64,000 nt of DNA from a virus (lineage: Duplodnaviria > Caudoviricetes): positions 34,090 through 98,089 of the IMG/VR virus record IMGVR_UViG_3300014205_000007. The stretch is one strand, 5' to 3'. This document shows positions 19,425 through 27,884 of this stretch, piece after piece (positions within the stretch are counted from its first letter, which is position 1; the number at the start of each line of letters is the position of its first letter). The position numbers were made by a program, and so were the translations under genes. The notes beneath the pieces are model-generated. The model had not been told where the DNA came from. It made no database searches and was given only the letters and a program-made list of their open reading frames with translations.

Positions 19425-19658
19425 TTGCCGATGAAAGGAAGGAAGATGGATCGCGTCGGTTGGGCGTTTCACTGGAACGGCGGCAAGTTCATTGTGCACA
19501 CACCGCAATGGTCGTTCAAGCTTCGCGGACCTAGCCACGGCGGAGACTACAGCGAGCACTATGTTTCGAGCACGCGAACAGTGCAGTTCGGCAGACGGTG
19601 GCCATGCTGGAGGCTGGTGATAGTTAATCGCGCACCGCAACCAGTCTCGATAGAGTGA
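19425..19658 (+). CDS. hypothetical protein
   Basis: third ORF of a small plus-strand cassette; true start may be ~19446. Confidence 0.35.
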   Translation: MPMKGRKMDRVGWAFHWNGGKFIVHTPQWSFKLRGPSHGGDYSEHYVSSTRTVQFGRRWPCWRLVIVNRAPQPVSIE

Positions 19659-19829
19659 GGACCCGATGATTTCGACGGCAATCCGTACAGGCAGAGACCA
19701 CGCGACAGTTAATCCAAAAACTCAAGAAATAGTGCGTGGGTATTTCTAGCCCCCACGCAGGCCGAGACAGCCAGACGTTGCAGACGGGAGGTCTGCTTAA
19801 ATGATTGTAGTGGAGATTCGCACCCCCGT

Positions 19830-19871
19830 AAAACAGTAAAGGCGCCCAGTTGGATGAGCGCCCCTACTTTT
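19830..19871. terminator. bidirectional intrinsic terminator
   Basis: AGTAAAGGCGCCCA/TGAGCGCCCCTACT stem with T runs on both strands, between convergent genes. Confidence 0.6.
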
Positions 19872-19895
19872 CAAGGTGTTATTCCTGGCGGGAAT

Positions 19896-20225
19896 TTACA
19901 CCCGGAACTGGTCAATGCTTGCGCCCTTGGAAAGCTTCGCCGCCATCCAATTCGGCTTGCGGCCCCGCCCGGTCCAGGTCTGGGTAAAGTCATCTGGATT
20001 GCGGTACTTGGCCTGCATGGTGGACTTGTATCCGCGCCCGGACGCGATCTTCTTGCCGAAGACATCTTCCAGATTGAAGCCCTTGCGTTTGGCAACCTCG
20101 GCCAGCTCGGCGCGCACTTCCTTGACTTCCGTGGTCTTGCGGAACCTAATGGCTTCGACTAGATCTTCCTCAAGCTTGAGGAGTTCCTTCAGACGCATGT
20201 TGTTGAGTTCACGACTTGAGTACAT
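19896..20225 (-). CDS. hns: H-NS family nucleoid-associated protein
   Basis: KYRNP...TWTGRGRKPNW signature plus N-terminal coiled coil. Confidence 0.9.
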   Translation of the reverse strand: MYSSRELNNMRLKELLKLEEDLVEAIRFRKTTEVKEVRAELAEVAKRKGFNLEDVFGKKIASGRGYKSTMQAKYRNPDDFTQTWTGRGRKPNWMAAKLSKGASIDQFRV

Positions 20226-20329
20226 TGCAGCTCACCTGTTTGACTGGATACTTTTGCGACACACCGCGAGTACGCCTACCCGATAAGGATGGAATATTAC
20301 TATGGACAATGGCAATTTCAAGGTGGGTG

Positions 20330-20545
20330 TTAGGGTTGACGGCTCGGGCTATCGAGCCCTTCGCCTATCTCCGCCCTTTCGGGCTCCGATAGAGGCTTCG
20401 CCTCTGAGTAGCGCCCCGTGAACTTCCTCTTCACCCCATTTTCGGAGACCAGATATATGTCCCCGTGAACCTTGTGGTCATAGGGCTCTAAGGTGCCGTC
20501 TGCCTTGCGGACAAACAACTTCTGGCCGCGATACGGAACACCCAT
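20330..20545 (-). CDS. hypothetical protein
   Basis: GAGGGG RBS, 71 aa. Confidence 0.5.
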   Translation of the reverse strand: MGVPYRGQKLFVRKADGTLEPYDHKVHGDIYLVSENGVKRKFTGRYSEAKPLSEPERAEIGEGLDSPSRQP

Positions 20546-20552
20546 TTACCCC

Positions 20553-20822
20553 TCACTCATTGTCTGCGCTACGGGCACTCGGCGCCGAGTTAAGAATATC
20601 CCAGATGCCGGTCAACTTAATGAGTTGCATGTAATTTGGGTCTTGTTCGGCCCGGCGCTTCACTGACCCACGGAACTCGGCGTCTTCGAGGCATCGCCGC
20701 TTAACGAACTCCACGCCTTCGTCCGTCACGAAAAGATTCACCTTACGATCGGGTTCGCACACCACAGATTCTTTTTTGATCTTCGCAAGAGCGTCTAGGA
20801 GGGTTTCCTCGTTCATGTCCAA
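20553..20822 (-). CDS. hypothetical protein with weak similarity to an MCP segment
   Basis: GAGGT RBS; MDMNEETLLDALAKIK vs MCP LDLTETALIQACQNIR. Confidence 0.5.
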   Translation of the reverse strand: MDMNEETLLDALAKIKKESVVCEPDRKVNLFVTDEGVEFVKRRCLEDAEFRGSVKRRAEQDPNYMQLIKLTGIWDILNSAPSARSADNE

Positions 20823-20903
20823 TGTATTACCTCACTCAGCCGCTCTTGCGGCTATCGAGCCATCTTGCGAGATAGGCGAAGCACCCGTGGTGCGAGCCGT
20901 CAC

Positions 20904-21014
20904 TCATTGATAGAAAAAGCTGTAAACGGCCATAAACGCACAGAAAACAAGCAACACCTTGCCGGGCCACCACATTGAGCGCCAAAGGTCTGCTGCAAAT
21001 TGCAATCTTGTCAT
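20904..21014 (-). CDS. 36-aa single-pass membrane peptide
   Basis: GGAG RBS; MTRLQFAADLWRSMWWPGKVLLVFCAFMAVYSFFYQ. Confidence 0.5.
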   Translation of the reverse strand: MTRLQFAADLWRSMWWPGKVLLVFCAFMAVYSFFYQ

Positions 21015-21395
21015 GAGCCTACTCCATAAACGATCCGGCGACGGGTACAGCCAGCCACCTAGCCGCCCGCCGCCGCCCAGGGTTCTCTCCGCATTATGAA
21101 GGCGCTGCAGGAACCCCAAACCCCGCCCACCTTTTCGGTCGCCATTGAGGCGAATTAGATGCGCAATCCACGGCGCCGTAGGTATGCGTTGCCCTGAGAA
21201 GTCTACCAAATCGGCGCCAAGCCTACAGTCGCCATCCTCTCAGACCGTGAAATGGTATTAGCGTCGGCGCCTCAGTGGTTCCCGTCTGGCCAATGGATGG
21301 GGTGAAGATGTCCCACCCACTAGCTCTCCCTGTGGGACGCAGGCACGACTAGCCGTTAAGTGACGGGCTGCGACGCTAATTTCTTCTACTGTTCC
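21015..21395 (-). ncRNA. candidate ~380-nt structured RNA/leader
   Basis: promoter just upstream; closing helix ATTAGCGTCG/CGACGCTAAT; several stems with G-U pairs on the minus strand. Confidence 0.45.
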
Positions 21396-21401
21396 GTCAC
21401 C

Positions 21402-21430
21402 ACTATAGCGACATGCGGCCTCAATGCCAA
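21402..21430 (-). promoter_or_regulatory. sigma70-like promoter
   Basis: TTGGCA-N17-TATAGT. Confidence 0.65.
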
Positions 21431-21510
21431 GACCACCGCAACGGTCAATACCGAAACAGCAGACAGGACAAGGAATGCCATGGTGGCACAGAGGATGGGA
21501 CTAAGGCGCA

Positions 21511-22143
21511 TTAATCAATCGCCATGTTAGACCTGTCATAGGCAGGTCTTGCGGCTGCGATATCTTCCTGTAGAGTCGGATCGACAGCCTGTCGCACGAA
21601 GGTATTGGCTCTGGCCTGTGGCGTGTTGACATCGATCCCGGCAGACGCAGCAGCAAGACCGCGCTCCGACTTGGCGCGGTACATCTTTTCATCGGCGGCG
21701 CGCTTGAGATCGGACATTGCTTCCTTGTGCAGGACTTCTGGACGCTCCCACAGACCCAAGTCCCCACAAATGATGCCACCCTTGGCTTCGAGCGAGCCGA
21801 ATACGCCTGGATGGCGCTCGTGAGGCACGCGGGTCCAGCCCCCGTTCATATGCAGCCCGGAATGATACTGGCTGTCAACCTGATTGCGAACCGTCTCTCG
21901 TTTCCATTCGTACGCCCAGCCTTCCGGCTCGTACTGCTTGGCGAGGGCGTAGGGATCATCGCCAGTCGAGGTCTGGGTGCGCCAGATGGGCTTGCCGTCG
22001 CGCCCGATGGCCACGGCCCGACCACGCGGGGCGGTGACATTGGGAGCACCGCGGGCATTGCTCGCGACCGCGGCGTTCATCACCTCGGCATCGGCCATTG
22101 CCTCTGCCTTGGGCTGCTTATGGGTGTCCTTACGGGGCGCCAT
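21511..22143 (-). CDS. conserved head-module protein
   Basis: PEGWAYEWKR...GWTRVPHERHP...LGLWERP; lies between scaffold and capsid genes. Confidence 0.6.
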   Translation of the reverse strand: MAPRKDTHKQPKAEAMADAEVMNAAVASNARGAPNVTAPRGRAVAIGRDGKPIWRTQTSTGDDPYALAKQYEPEGWAYEWKRETVRNQVDSQYHSGLHMNGGWTRVPHERHPGVFGSLEAKGGIICGDLGLWERPEVLHKEAMSDLKRAADEKMYRAKSERGLAAASAGIDVNTPQARANTFVRQAVDPTLQEDIAAARPAYDRSNMAID

Positions 22144-22147
22144 CGTT

Positions 22148-22597
22148 CTATTCCTTACCTTCTAGCTGTGCGCTGTTCTCGTCTGTGATATACTCATACT
22201 TTGGACGCGCGCTGGCCCAATCCTTTTCCCACGATGGGTCAATGTTATTTTCACAGCATTCGCGCGCAACGCACCTTGCTTCGGCGTCCTTGCTCAAGCG
22301 CCACATCTGGGCAGCATACCGCCGATAGGCTGACATCGGAGACAGCCTGGAATACATAATCCGCGCCGCCTCTTTTTGCTCGGCCGTTAAAAAAATGGCG
22401 CGCACCTTGACCGCAAACGGAACCTTGGCTGCCTCTTCACCGTAACGGGTGAACCCATTCGCAGGGGCGTGCCGCCATACAGGTTCTTCCATATAGCCGT
22501 TATCTGGATTAACCTTGCTGTCTCGAACCAAGCTCCTCAAAAGGGTGTTGACCTCATCAATAAACTGGCGCGGGTCCGGGATGTGCCTCATCATCAC
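22148..22597 (-). CDS. hypothetical protein containing a copy of the scaffold C-terminal motif
   Basis: IFLTAEQKEAARIMYSRLS...YA aligns with scaffold VRLNPDEQSMATQMYPNLS...YA. Confidence 0.6.
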   Translation of the reverse strand: MMMRHIPDPRQFIDEVNTLLRSLVRDSKVNPDNGYMEEPVWRHAPANGFTRYGEEAAKVPFAVKVRAIFLTAEQKEAARIMYSRLSPMSAYRRYAAQMWRLSKDAEARCVARECCENNIDPSWEKDWASARPKYEYITDENSAQLEGKE

Positions 22598-23664
22598 CGA
22601 TACTTCCCATCGCGAATGGCCATCGCCTTGTTGCGTGCGTACTTCTCGCGCGCTTCCTGGGCCGAAAGATTGGGATACATCTGTGTCGCCATGCTCTGCT
22701 CATCGGGGTTCAATCGAACCTTGCCGCCACTGGACACGCCATTCGATCCATTCTTGGGCGCTGAGTTGCGCGAGACCGGCGCGGCGACGACGGGCTTCTT
22801 CTTGGGTTCCGGCTCCGTCTCCACCTCGGTATCCTCTTCGCTGGCCTCTTCCTCTTGTGCTTCCTCGCTCAGTCCGAACTTGGCGTTCAGCGCTTCGAGG
22901 AATTCCCTGGAGTTGAGCGGCTTTTCCTCAACTGTCGTGAAGTAGTCGGCAAACTTCAGGAACTTGGTGTTGAGCTTGGAGTCGGTGATGAACTCGCGGT
23001 TCTCGTTAAGCCAGTCGGCAACCTTGGTTCCAACACCCTGGCGGATCGACGTAATGTAGTCGTCCGGGGTGAGCTGCTTTGGCTCTTCTTTCTTCGGCTC
23101 CTCCCGCTTTGGAGCGTCCTGATTGGCTACCACGGATTCAACAAGGCGCTTGGCCCTTAGAAGCTCCTGCTCGACCCCGGACTTGCCGGCTTCAAGCTGG
23201 GCCATGTGGGCAGCGGCAACAGCAATCGCCTCACGCGCGTTCTGCGCTGCGCGCTTGTCGCCCGCATCTTCAGCAGCAAGCTCCTCACGCTTCTGGAACT
23301 CGATCCACTGCTTCTGAGCGTTGAGCGCCGTTTCGATGTTAGAGGTGTCGCTGGCCACCTTGTCATAGTGGGCACGCGCGGCATAGTATTCGTTGTCCTT
23401 GGCCTTCTTCTCTGCCTCGGTCAGTCTGGCATCGCGCGATTCAACCTGCGTCTTCCATTCGTCCTCTTTCCGTCGCAGAGCCTCGGCATGCTCCTTGCGG
23501 ATAGTCTCGATGACGTCATCGGCCGGCTCGGGCTTGCGCTCCCTGGCTGGCTTTGTGTCCTTTGCCTTTGGCTCTTCCGGCGGCAGCCAACCAAGAGCAG
23601 CGTCAACACCGCTTGGAATGTCGATATCGACATCAATCAACAGGTCGCGGTTTTCGTTATTCAT
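22594..23664 (-). CDS. capsid scaffolding protein
   Basis: acidic coiled coil; PVVAAPVSR...VRLNPDEQSMA...EKYARNK C-terminus. Confidence 0.7.
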   Translation of the reverse strand: MNNENRDLLIDVDIDIPSGVDAALGWLPPEEPKAKDTKPARERKPEPADDVIETIRKEHAEALRRKEDEWKTQVESRDARLTEAEKKAKDNEYYAARAHYDKVASDTSNIETALNAQKQWIEFQKREELAAEDAGDKRAAQNAREAIAVAAAHMAQLEAGKSGVEQELLRAKRLVESVVANQDAPKREEPKKEEPKQLTPDDYITSIRQGVGTKVADWLNENREFITDSKLNTKFLKFADYFTTVEEKPLNSREFLEALNAKFGLSEEAQEEEASEEDTEVETEPEPKKKPVVAAPVSRNSAPKNGSNGVSSGGKVRLNPDEQSMATQMYPNLSAQEAREKYARNKAMAIRDGKYR

Positions 23665-24044
23665 GCGCTCGCCTCAACCCGTTCTGCCGATTCCCCTTCA
23701 CGGGTTTCTGACACCGCACCCCAGAACGCTTTGTTTGCCGACTCGGGCAGACAGTGAAATCTCATGTAGGCATGCCATACTCCGTCACGGAACCCGACCT
23801 CTGGCCTCGTCCGCCACGCTACGCAATGCACGTCGTCATGTTGTGACTCCGCTGCGTGCAGGCCAGCATCAATCTTTTCAATCACGGCATCGCACACGGC
23901 ATCCACTCCGTCCCCTCTCAAGTGTATGGCCCTGTATGCGATGCGATGAGAGGAGCATGCGCACGGCAAATCGTCGTAGTCCAAGCGGTCACGCGCCAAA
24001 AGAATGTCGCGAACGCGCTCACGGAGTCGCTCGGTCGGTTCCAT
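23661..24044 (-). CDS. hypothetical protein
   Basis: translationally coupled at both ends; VAWRTRPEV. Confidence 0.5.
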   Translation of the reverse strand: MEPTERLRERVRDILLARDRLDYDDLPCACSSHRIAYRAIHLRGDGVDAVCDAVIEKIDAGLHAAESQHDDVHCVAWRTRPEVGFRDGVWHAYMRFHCLPESANKAFWGAVSETREGESAERVEASA

Positions 24045-24535
24045 TACCGCACCGTCCGTGGGTCTTTCACCCGCATCTTGATCGATGACCAGTGAAACCG
24101 TTTGCAGTTGACGTACTCTTCCGAGCTATCGATGGAGCGCAGAAAAACCTCGCCCGTGGTGTCGGCGGCCTTGAACAGCACCCAATCCCCTTTCTCGGGG
24201 ACAATGCCTTCATAGGGCTGGCCGTTGACCATCCACTTGAACGCAGTCGGCCCAGCCTTGATGATGCAGCCGACTTTGGCCTGATAGCGGGTTTCCGCAA
24301 CCTCGTTCTCAGATGTGATGATCCTATAGGCTTTCCCGTTGACGTCGGTGCCGCGCGCCGCAACGTTGGGGCGCACATAGAGGCCGATCAGAACCTCTTC
24401 ATCGAGCACCTCGTACTGGTCAAGATCGCCGAGGGCTGCGAAAATCGCCGCCTTCTGCTCGTCGGGCGTATCCATCTCGGAACGCTTGTAGACATCGGAC
24501 TTCAGCGCCGTAATATTGACTGGATTACTGGTCAT
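24044..24535 (-). CDS. GroES-like co-chaperonin
   Basis: VLIGLY...KVGCIIKAGPTAFK...KGDWVLF...VKDP; start after GAGGGGA. Confidence 0.65.
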   Translation of the reverse strand: MTSNPVNITALKSDVYKRSEMDTPDEQKAAIFAALGDLDQYEVLDEEVLIGLYVRPNVAARGTDVNGKAYRIITSENEVAETRYQAKVGCIIKAGPTAFKWMVNGQPYEGIVPEKGDWVLFKAADTTGEVFLRSIDSSEEYVNCKRFHWSSIKMRVKDPRTVR

Positions 24536-24589
24536 TCTTGTCCCCTCTAGAAAACATGCGGGAACGCACAACAAATCAGCCTCGCATTC

Positions 24590-24817
24590 TTATTCCGACA
24601 TCAAATCCGATTCTATCTCTTCGAGCCACGCTATGGCATGGGTCAAAGCCTCTCGGTATCCGAGAGCGTGTGAATATCCCATGGACGTGGCCGCCACGTC
24701 ACCGACAACCCGACAGCTTCCCGTCGCTAGAGCCTCGGCGTTAGACTCGATAACATCGTTGACCTTACGCACCAAGCGCTTGTGAAGCTCGGACTCATAG
24801 GATGTATATTTGCTCAC
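24590..24817 (-). CDS. hypothetical head-module protein
   Basis: EALATGS...YSHALGYREAL helical ORF upstream of the GroES-like gene. Confidence 0.55.
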   Translation of the reverse strand: MSKYTSYESELHKRLVRKVNDVIESNAEALATGSCRVVGDVAATSMGYSHALGYREALTHAIAWLEEIESDLMSE

Positions 24818-25054
24818 TTATGCGGCCCACGCCGAGCATACCGACAAATCCTGCGTGACAACAGGAGAAGGACTGGCCTTGGCGCTCACGGCGCATTCCC
24901 CGAAAGAAGGTGCCCCATATCTCGGCCTCCAATGCTTGCAGTTGCCACACTGATGCACCGGAATATCCTCTATGACCGCAAGGTCAATCACCTGTAGGGC
25001 CGGCGCTGAAAGACCAACGGAGCCAACATTCTTTTTCTCGATCTTAGTGGGCAT
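24818..25054 (-). CDS. small Cys-rich protein (CxxCxxW...GxC...C..W)
   Basis: CGNCKHW...GEC...CSAW; start after GAGG. Confidence 0.5.
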   Translation of the reverse strand: MPTKIEKKNVGSVGLSAPALQVIDLAVIEDIPVHQCGNCKHWRPRYGAPSFGECAVSAKASPSPVVTQDLSVCSAWAA

Positions 25055-25229
25055 GCTTGCCTCTGCGGTCGTTGCCATCGCTTTGTGCAGGAGGTATCTG
25101 CCCCGTCGTGAGGTAGACAAAGAGATCCTCTGCCTCGATGCACAGCACATCGGCCGGCTTCCACGGCGTATCAGGGTATCTTGCCCGCACAATGTGGAAA
25201 CACTGCAACCTAAGTTCCGGCTCGGTCAT
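25044..25229 (-). CDS. small helical protein (LRLxC family)
   Basis: ELRLQCF...AEDLFVYL. Confidence 0.5.
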   Translation of the reverse strand: MTEPELRLQCFHIVRARYPDTPWKPADVLCIEAEDLFVYLTTGQIPPAQSDGNDRRGKHAH

Positions 25230-25237
25230 GGGTTGCC

Positions 25238-25459
25238 TCAGTGCGTGTGCTTGCTCTTCATGGCTTCCGCCTCTTCATTCTCGTCATTCTCGTCACGCTG
25301 GATGTCCTGGGCGACTTTTGGAAGCTTTCCGTTATTGACCCATTTCGTCAGCATGTCGGCGGCCAGGAGCAAAAGCTCAGGCTCATCGTGTGAGGATGCT
25401 TCATGGGCAATGCGCAGGCATTCAAGGCGCATGAAGTCGTCTGGAATCTGGCTGCTCAT
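25238..25459 (-). CDS. small helical protein (LRLxC family)
   Basis: AGGAG RBS; MRLECLRIA...AADMLTKWV. Confidence 0.55.
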   Translation of the reverse strand: MSSQIPDDFMRLECLRIAHEASSHDEPELLLLAADMLTKWVNNGKLPKVAQDIQRDENDENEEAEAMKSKHTH

Positions 25460-25468
25460 AAGGTCTCC

Positions 25469-25603
25469 TTATTTCTTAACCGTACCGGGCGCCGAGCCAT
25501 AAGCCTTGGCCTTGTCCAATCGGCCCTGACCCCCACCGGCCCCGGCCTTGGAAACCTTGATCGTGCCCTTGGTGGGCTGCTGTGCTGGCGGTGCCTTGGC
25601 CAT
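25469..25603 (-). CDS. 44-aa basic peptide (not in the ORF track)
   Basis: MAKAPPAQQPTKGTIKVSKAGAGGGQGRLDKAKAYGSAPGTVKK. Confidence 0.45.
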   Translation of the reverse strand: MAKAPPAQQPTKGTIKVSKAGAGGGQGRLDKAKAYGSAPGTVKK

Positions 25604-25675
25604 GGTGATGCCCCATAAATGTGAGAAAAACGCTTAGCACGATTCTGCCAAGCGATGGCTTTGAGAAGCTGTGGA

Positions 25676-26221
25676 TTACTTACACGACCCGCCGCGCTTG
25701 AACTTGGTTTCCTTTTGCCCCTTATGCAGGCTGGATTCGTGCTTGTGCACCATCTTGGAGATCATCTTCTTGTCCTCGGCGGCATCGGGATGGACCTTGC
25801 CACCCATCGCCCGTCCGATCCGTCCACCCTTGGCCATAGGCCCCTGCGGAGGTATCGGGGGACCAGATGGCGGCATAGACGGCCCTGAAGGCCCTGGCGG
25901 CGGCCCTGGCGGGCCACCCGGCATCGCCCCAGGCGGCGGCATAGGCATAGGCGATGCCCCACCCTCCTTGGGCATGATGATGACGTTGACATTGGTGCCG
26001 GCGCTCTTGCCGTCCTTGCCCATCTTGCGGCCAGGACGATCCAGGCGGGACTTGGCCATCCCACCTTCGACGGGACCGGGCATATTGGCTGCCCCGACAG
26101 CGCCTCCAGAGGCATAGGCTTTGACCTTCTGGCCTGCAACCTTACCTGATACCTTTGAACCCATGAACTTGGAAAGCTTGGCGGCCATCCCGGACTTGGC
26201 CTGATCGCGAATGTTCTTCAT
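25676..26221 (-). CDS. basic P/G-rich internal virion protein with xAxGGxV motifs
   Basis: YASGGAV, MAKGGRI, RAMGGKV, FKRGG; HPDAAEDKKMI. Confidence 0.6.
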   Translation of the reverse strand: MKNIRDQAKSGMAAKLSKFMGSKVSGKVAGQKVKAYASGGAVGAANMPGPVEGGMAKSRLDRPGRKMGKDGKSAGTNVNVIIMPKEGGASPMPMPPPGAMPGGPPGPPPGPSGPSMPPSGPPIPPQGPMAKGGRIGRAMGGKVHPDAAEDKKMISKMVHKHESSLHKGQKETKFKRGGSCK

Positions 26222-26268
26222 GGGTCTTATTCCCCGTTGGTCTTGAGGATCGGGACTATAGGCTGATT

Positions 26269-26478
26269 CTACTCCGATAGAATGGTGCTCGTGAGCTTTG
26301 CCTCAATCCCGTCAAGGCGGTCGCGGATTGAGGCAACAGCGGCGAGATAGGCTGGAAACGGTGCCTGATTGCCCATCGCTACTTCATAGCGGCACTTGGT
26401 TTCATAAAGGTCAAGCGCCCGCGTGAGTGCTATCATCTCTGAGTCATTTAGAGTTAGGGTGTACGTATATGTGGTCAT
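26269..26478 (-). CDS. hypothetical protein
   Basis: ATGA-coupled to the upstream gene. Confidence 0.45.
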   Translation of the reverse strand: MTTYTYTLTLNDSEMIALTRALDLYETKCRYEVAMGNQAPFPAYLAAVASIRDRLDGIEAKLTSTILSE

Positions 26479-26711
26479 GAGCGGCTGACCATCGTGTTAA
26501 AAATGTCAACATAAACACGGGGAGCCTCTGTCTTCGGGAAGTACGGCCCCATCACACAGCCAGCTTCACGCACAAGCCCAATTGCCGCGCCCGCATCGCC
26601 TTCGGCCATCTTGGCTTCTGCTTCCAAAAGGAGATTTTGATATCTCCGTTCAATGTCGTTAGGCGGAGGAATGTACGTCAGTCCTTCCCGAGCAAATCTA
26701 CGCATCACCAT
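26475..26711 (-). CDS. hypothetical protein
   Basis: overlaps the stop of the LPD23-like gene. Confidence 0.45.
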   Translation of the reverse strand: MVMRRFAREGLTYIPPPNDIERRYQNLLLEAEAKMAEGDAGAAIGLVREAGCVMGPYFPKTEAPRVYVDIFNTMVSRS

Positions 26712-27832
26712 TCTCTCCCATATTTATCCTCTCGTTCCGTCTCCCATGGTGGCCTCGCTTTTCTTTGTTCGTCATCGAGCGCGCGTCTGCGCTGAACATT
26801 CCTCGCTTCAAGCTCACCGAAGGCGCGGGCATATTTTTCATAAGGGTTTCCTTGCGCCAACCGCATCAGCGTGTTGGCGATATCGCGGGCTTGCGATACA
26901 TGAGATTCCAATGCGTCAACCCACTCCGTATCGCCGCGATGACGCGCCGCATCTTGTTCGCGCCGAAGCCCGTCGTATGTTGCAACCGCATCTGGAAGCG
27001 CCGCTATGGCGTTGCTCTGTTCTTGGGCAAGGACGTGCGGGTTGGCCCCCGGAGAAAAGTCTTCCTTGCCTTGGACGTAGTGCTGCAGCTCGTGAAGCCC
27101 AACGTCCGTGATGTCCGGCAGGCTCGGGGCGTCGATATCCATAACCCCTTCTCCCCCAGGCAAAATCTCCCGCATTGAGCCCAAGTGGCTGTCTGGCCTA
27201 AACGCTCCCTCTGGGTGTTTCATGGAAGGGTCCAAAGAGTAACGATAGGCTATTGCTTTGGCGCTCGGATACGCTTCGAAGAACTCTGGATGCATTAACC
27301 CAGAACGCATTGCGGTGCCGTAAGTTTCACCGACGTCGTATAGATCGCGGCCAGCCGCATTCGTTAGTCGCGCATCGTTATCCGGTATCTCGTACCGCCA
27401 TTTCTGATCTGGACCCTGGAACCATCCTGTTTCCTTCCATACCGCATCGCGTGTGGCCCCGCTTTTAGCGAGTTCATGCGCTCGTGCCATCATGGATAGA
27501 TCGGCTGTTCTGGCTCCCGGTCCGGCAAATATCCCGAGCAGCGGCAGTCCCGTTTCAGCGGCCTTGGCCCATTCTCTATCCTTGAGATTACCGTAGGTTT
27601 GAGCAAGGAGTTGTCCTGTTCCATACCCTCCCATGGTAGGAGATAGGGATTCAGCGACGGGCATCATATAGTCTTGCGGTCTGTCTGGGAGGTTTCTGAT
27701 CTCGCCTTGGTAAAGTGATGGATCGCCGGGAGGGGGGAGCGGAGCGGCGGTATGGTCCTGTTCTCTTTCCAGAAGAGCTGGACCGTAGTGTTTGGTCAAT
27801 GCCTTGATGATTTCATCGTCTGCCATAGACAT
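26705..27832 (-). CDS. LPD23-like domain protein with HExxH motif
   Basis: TGWFQGPDQKWRYEIPD; HELQHYVQ; GELEARNVQRR. Confidence 0.7.
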   Translation of the reverse strand: MSMADDEIIKALTKHYGPALLEREQDHTAAPLPPPGDPSLYQGEIRNLPDRPQDYMMPVAESLSPTMGGYGTGQLLAQTYGNLKDREWAKAAETGLPLLGIFAGPGARTADLSMMARAHELAKSGATRDAVWKETGWFQGPDQKWRYEIPDNDARLTNAAGRDLYDVGETYGTAMRSGLMHPEFFEAYPSAKAIAYRYSLDPSMKHPEGAFRPDSHLGSMREILPGGEGVMDIDAPSLPDITDVGLHELQHYVQGKEDFSPGANPHVLAQEQSNAIAALPDAVATYDGLRREQDAARHRGDTEWVDALESHVSQARDIANTLMRLAQGNPYEKYARAFGELEARNVQRRRALDDEQRKARPPWETEREDKYGREW

Positions 27833-27884
27833 TGACCTTGATATGGTGTTGACAGATGCTCACTATCGAGTTCGCATCTTGCGC

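Noticed and set aside
21377-21395. TAATTTCTTCTACTGTT resembles the start of a Cas12a repeat
   Set aside because: Single copy, no matching GTAGAT arm, no array, no cas genes
21386-21481. 31-aa hydrophobic minus-strand ORF
   Set aside because: No RBS, and it spans a near-consensus promoter
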